Positions 63,050 through 64,000 of a stretch of DNA of 64,000 nt are shown in pieces. Where the stretch lies: NCBI RefSeq assembly GCF_009914755.1, contig NC_060930.1. One strand, written 5' to 3'. The stretch comes from the human T2T-CHM13v2.0 reference genome, Homo sapiens. Made by a program: the position numbers and the translations under genes. The notes under the pieces are model-generated. The model saw only the letters and a program-made list of their open reading frames with translations, had not been told where the DNA came from and did no database searches. The number at the start of each line of letters is the position of its first letter. Within the stretch, counting starts at the first letter, position 1.

Positions 63050-64000
63050 TCAACAGTGTATAAAGAATTCTGATAAATCCCAAAAAATAAATCATTCAAC
63101 AGACAAATATAAAATAATATGTCCTAAATATATACAGGAAAATAATTAGGAACAGAAAATAAGCATATTAAAGGTGGCAAATCTTCTCAGTCATTAGAAA
63201 AGTGGTGTGGAAAAACATGTTGAGATAGATACAATTTTACTCCCATTAGGTAGAGCAATAGTAAGACACCAAACAAAATAGTAAGTATTGGAAAGTTTTT
63301 GTCTTTGTTTTCTTTTCTTAAATTTTATTTAAAAATTTCAAGATAGGGTCTTCCTCTGTCGCCCTGCCTGAAAGAATGGTGGTGCCATCGTAGCTCACTG
63401 CAGCTTTGCACTCCTGAGATCAAGCAGATCCTCCTGCCTCAGCCTCTGGAGTAGATGGGACTACAGGTGCACACCACAGTGCCCACCTTGGAAAGCTTTT
63501 GGGAAATTGGAAACTCTAATTCCCTGTTGGTGAAAGAGTAAATTGGTACAACCACTGTGCAGTACGTTAGAGGTATCAAAAATAATTTAAAATGTTTTAA
63601 TGTTTGAATCAATTTATAGTTCTAAATATATAACCTAGATAAACTTCTATAAATATGCAGTAGAAAATTTTTATAGAGATGTTTATTGGAGCACTCTTTG
63701 TAAGGATAAAAAATAAAAAAAAATTTAGAAGTTCATTAGATGGAATATGGAAATATGAAGAGAGACCCAGTAAAATAAATTGTAATAAATCCAAAAGATG
63801 AAATAAAATTCATCTGTATTAATATAGATGCAAAAACATAAATACAAATTGATTAAGTAATATAAATTATTATTGTGTAATATATATAAGCTTAAAGAAG
63901 AATCTTACAAAATAATGCTATATCATTAGATAAATTAATAATACAGTTAGGAAGGAATGAAAATGAACCAAGGTAGGTTATAAAAAATGTCTATTTTTTC
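63050..64000 (+). mobile_element. Old L1ME-like 3' region, interrupted by an Alu monomer
   Basis: cctgttggtgaaagagtaaattggtacaaccactgtg; gagatgtttattggagcactctttgtaa. Confidence 0.6.
63302..63487 (-). mobile_element. Monomeric Alu (FRAM/FAM-like)
   Basis: One arm plus a T-rich tail; TSD ttggaaagtttttg (63288-63301) / ttggaaagcttttg (63488-63501). Confidence 0.85.

Overview
AT-rich, repeat-dense primate genomic DNA, almost certainly human: it contains an AluYa5 carrying all five Ya5 diagnostic bases. I can support no intact protein-coding gene, tRNA, rRNA or CRISPR array. Every recognisable ORF in the track is a broken LINE-1 ORF1/ORF2 fragment, an Alu- or LTR-derived frame, or low-complexity noise. 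Two near full-length but dead L1PA elements lie on the + strand (L1PA7-like, about 2983-9200, inserted into a MER2B; L1PA6-like, about 54942-61087, with a 16-bp TSD). The rest is older L1M pieces, 11 Alu-family SINEs (AluJ, AluS, AluY, AluYa5 and a free monomer), MaLR LTRs (THE1/MSTA, one with internal sequence), one ERV1-type solo LTR, DNA transposon relics (MER2, MER2B, MER20, Charlie1), L2/MIR relics and microsatellites. Repeat subfamily calls come from recalled consensus sequences and need RepeatMasker/Dfam confirmation. I did not find a previously undescribed biological system. The observations worth following up are a very young AluYa5, a co-oriented L1 pair that could recombine, a tail-less Alu with an apparent TSD, templated micro-insertions, nested or truncated insertions, and a repeat-poor stretch (about 47.5-54.9 kb) with possible enhancer motifs.
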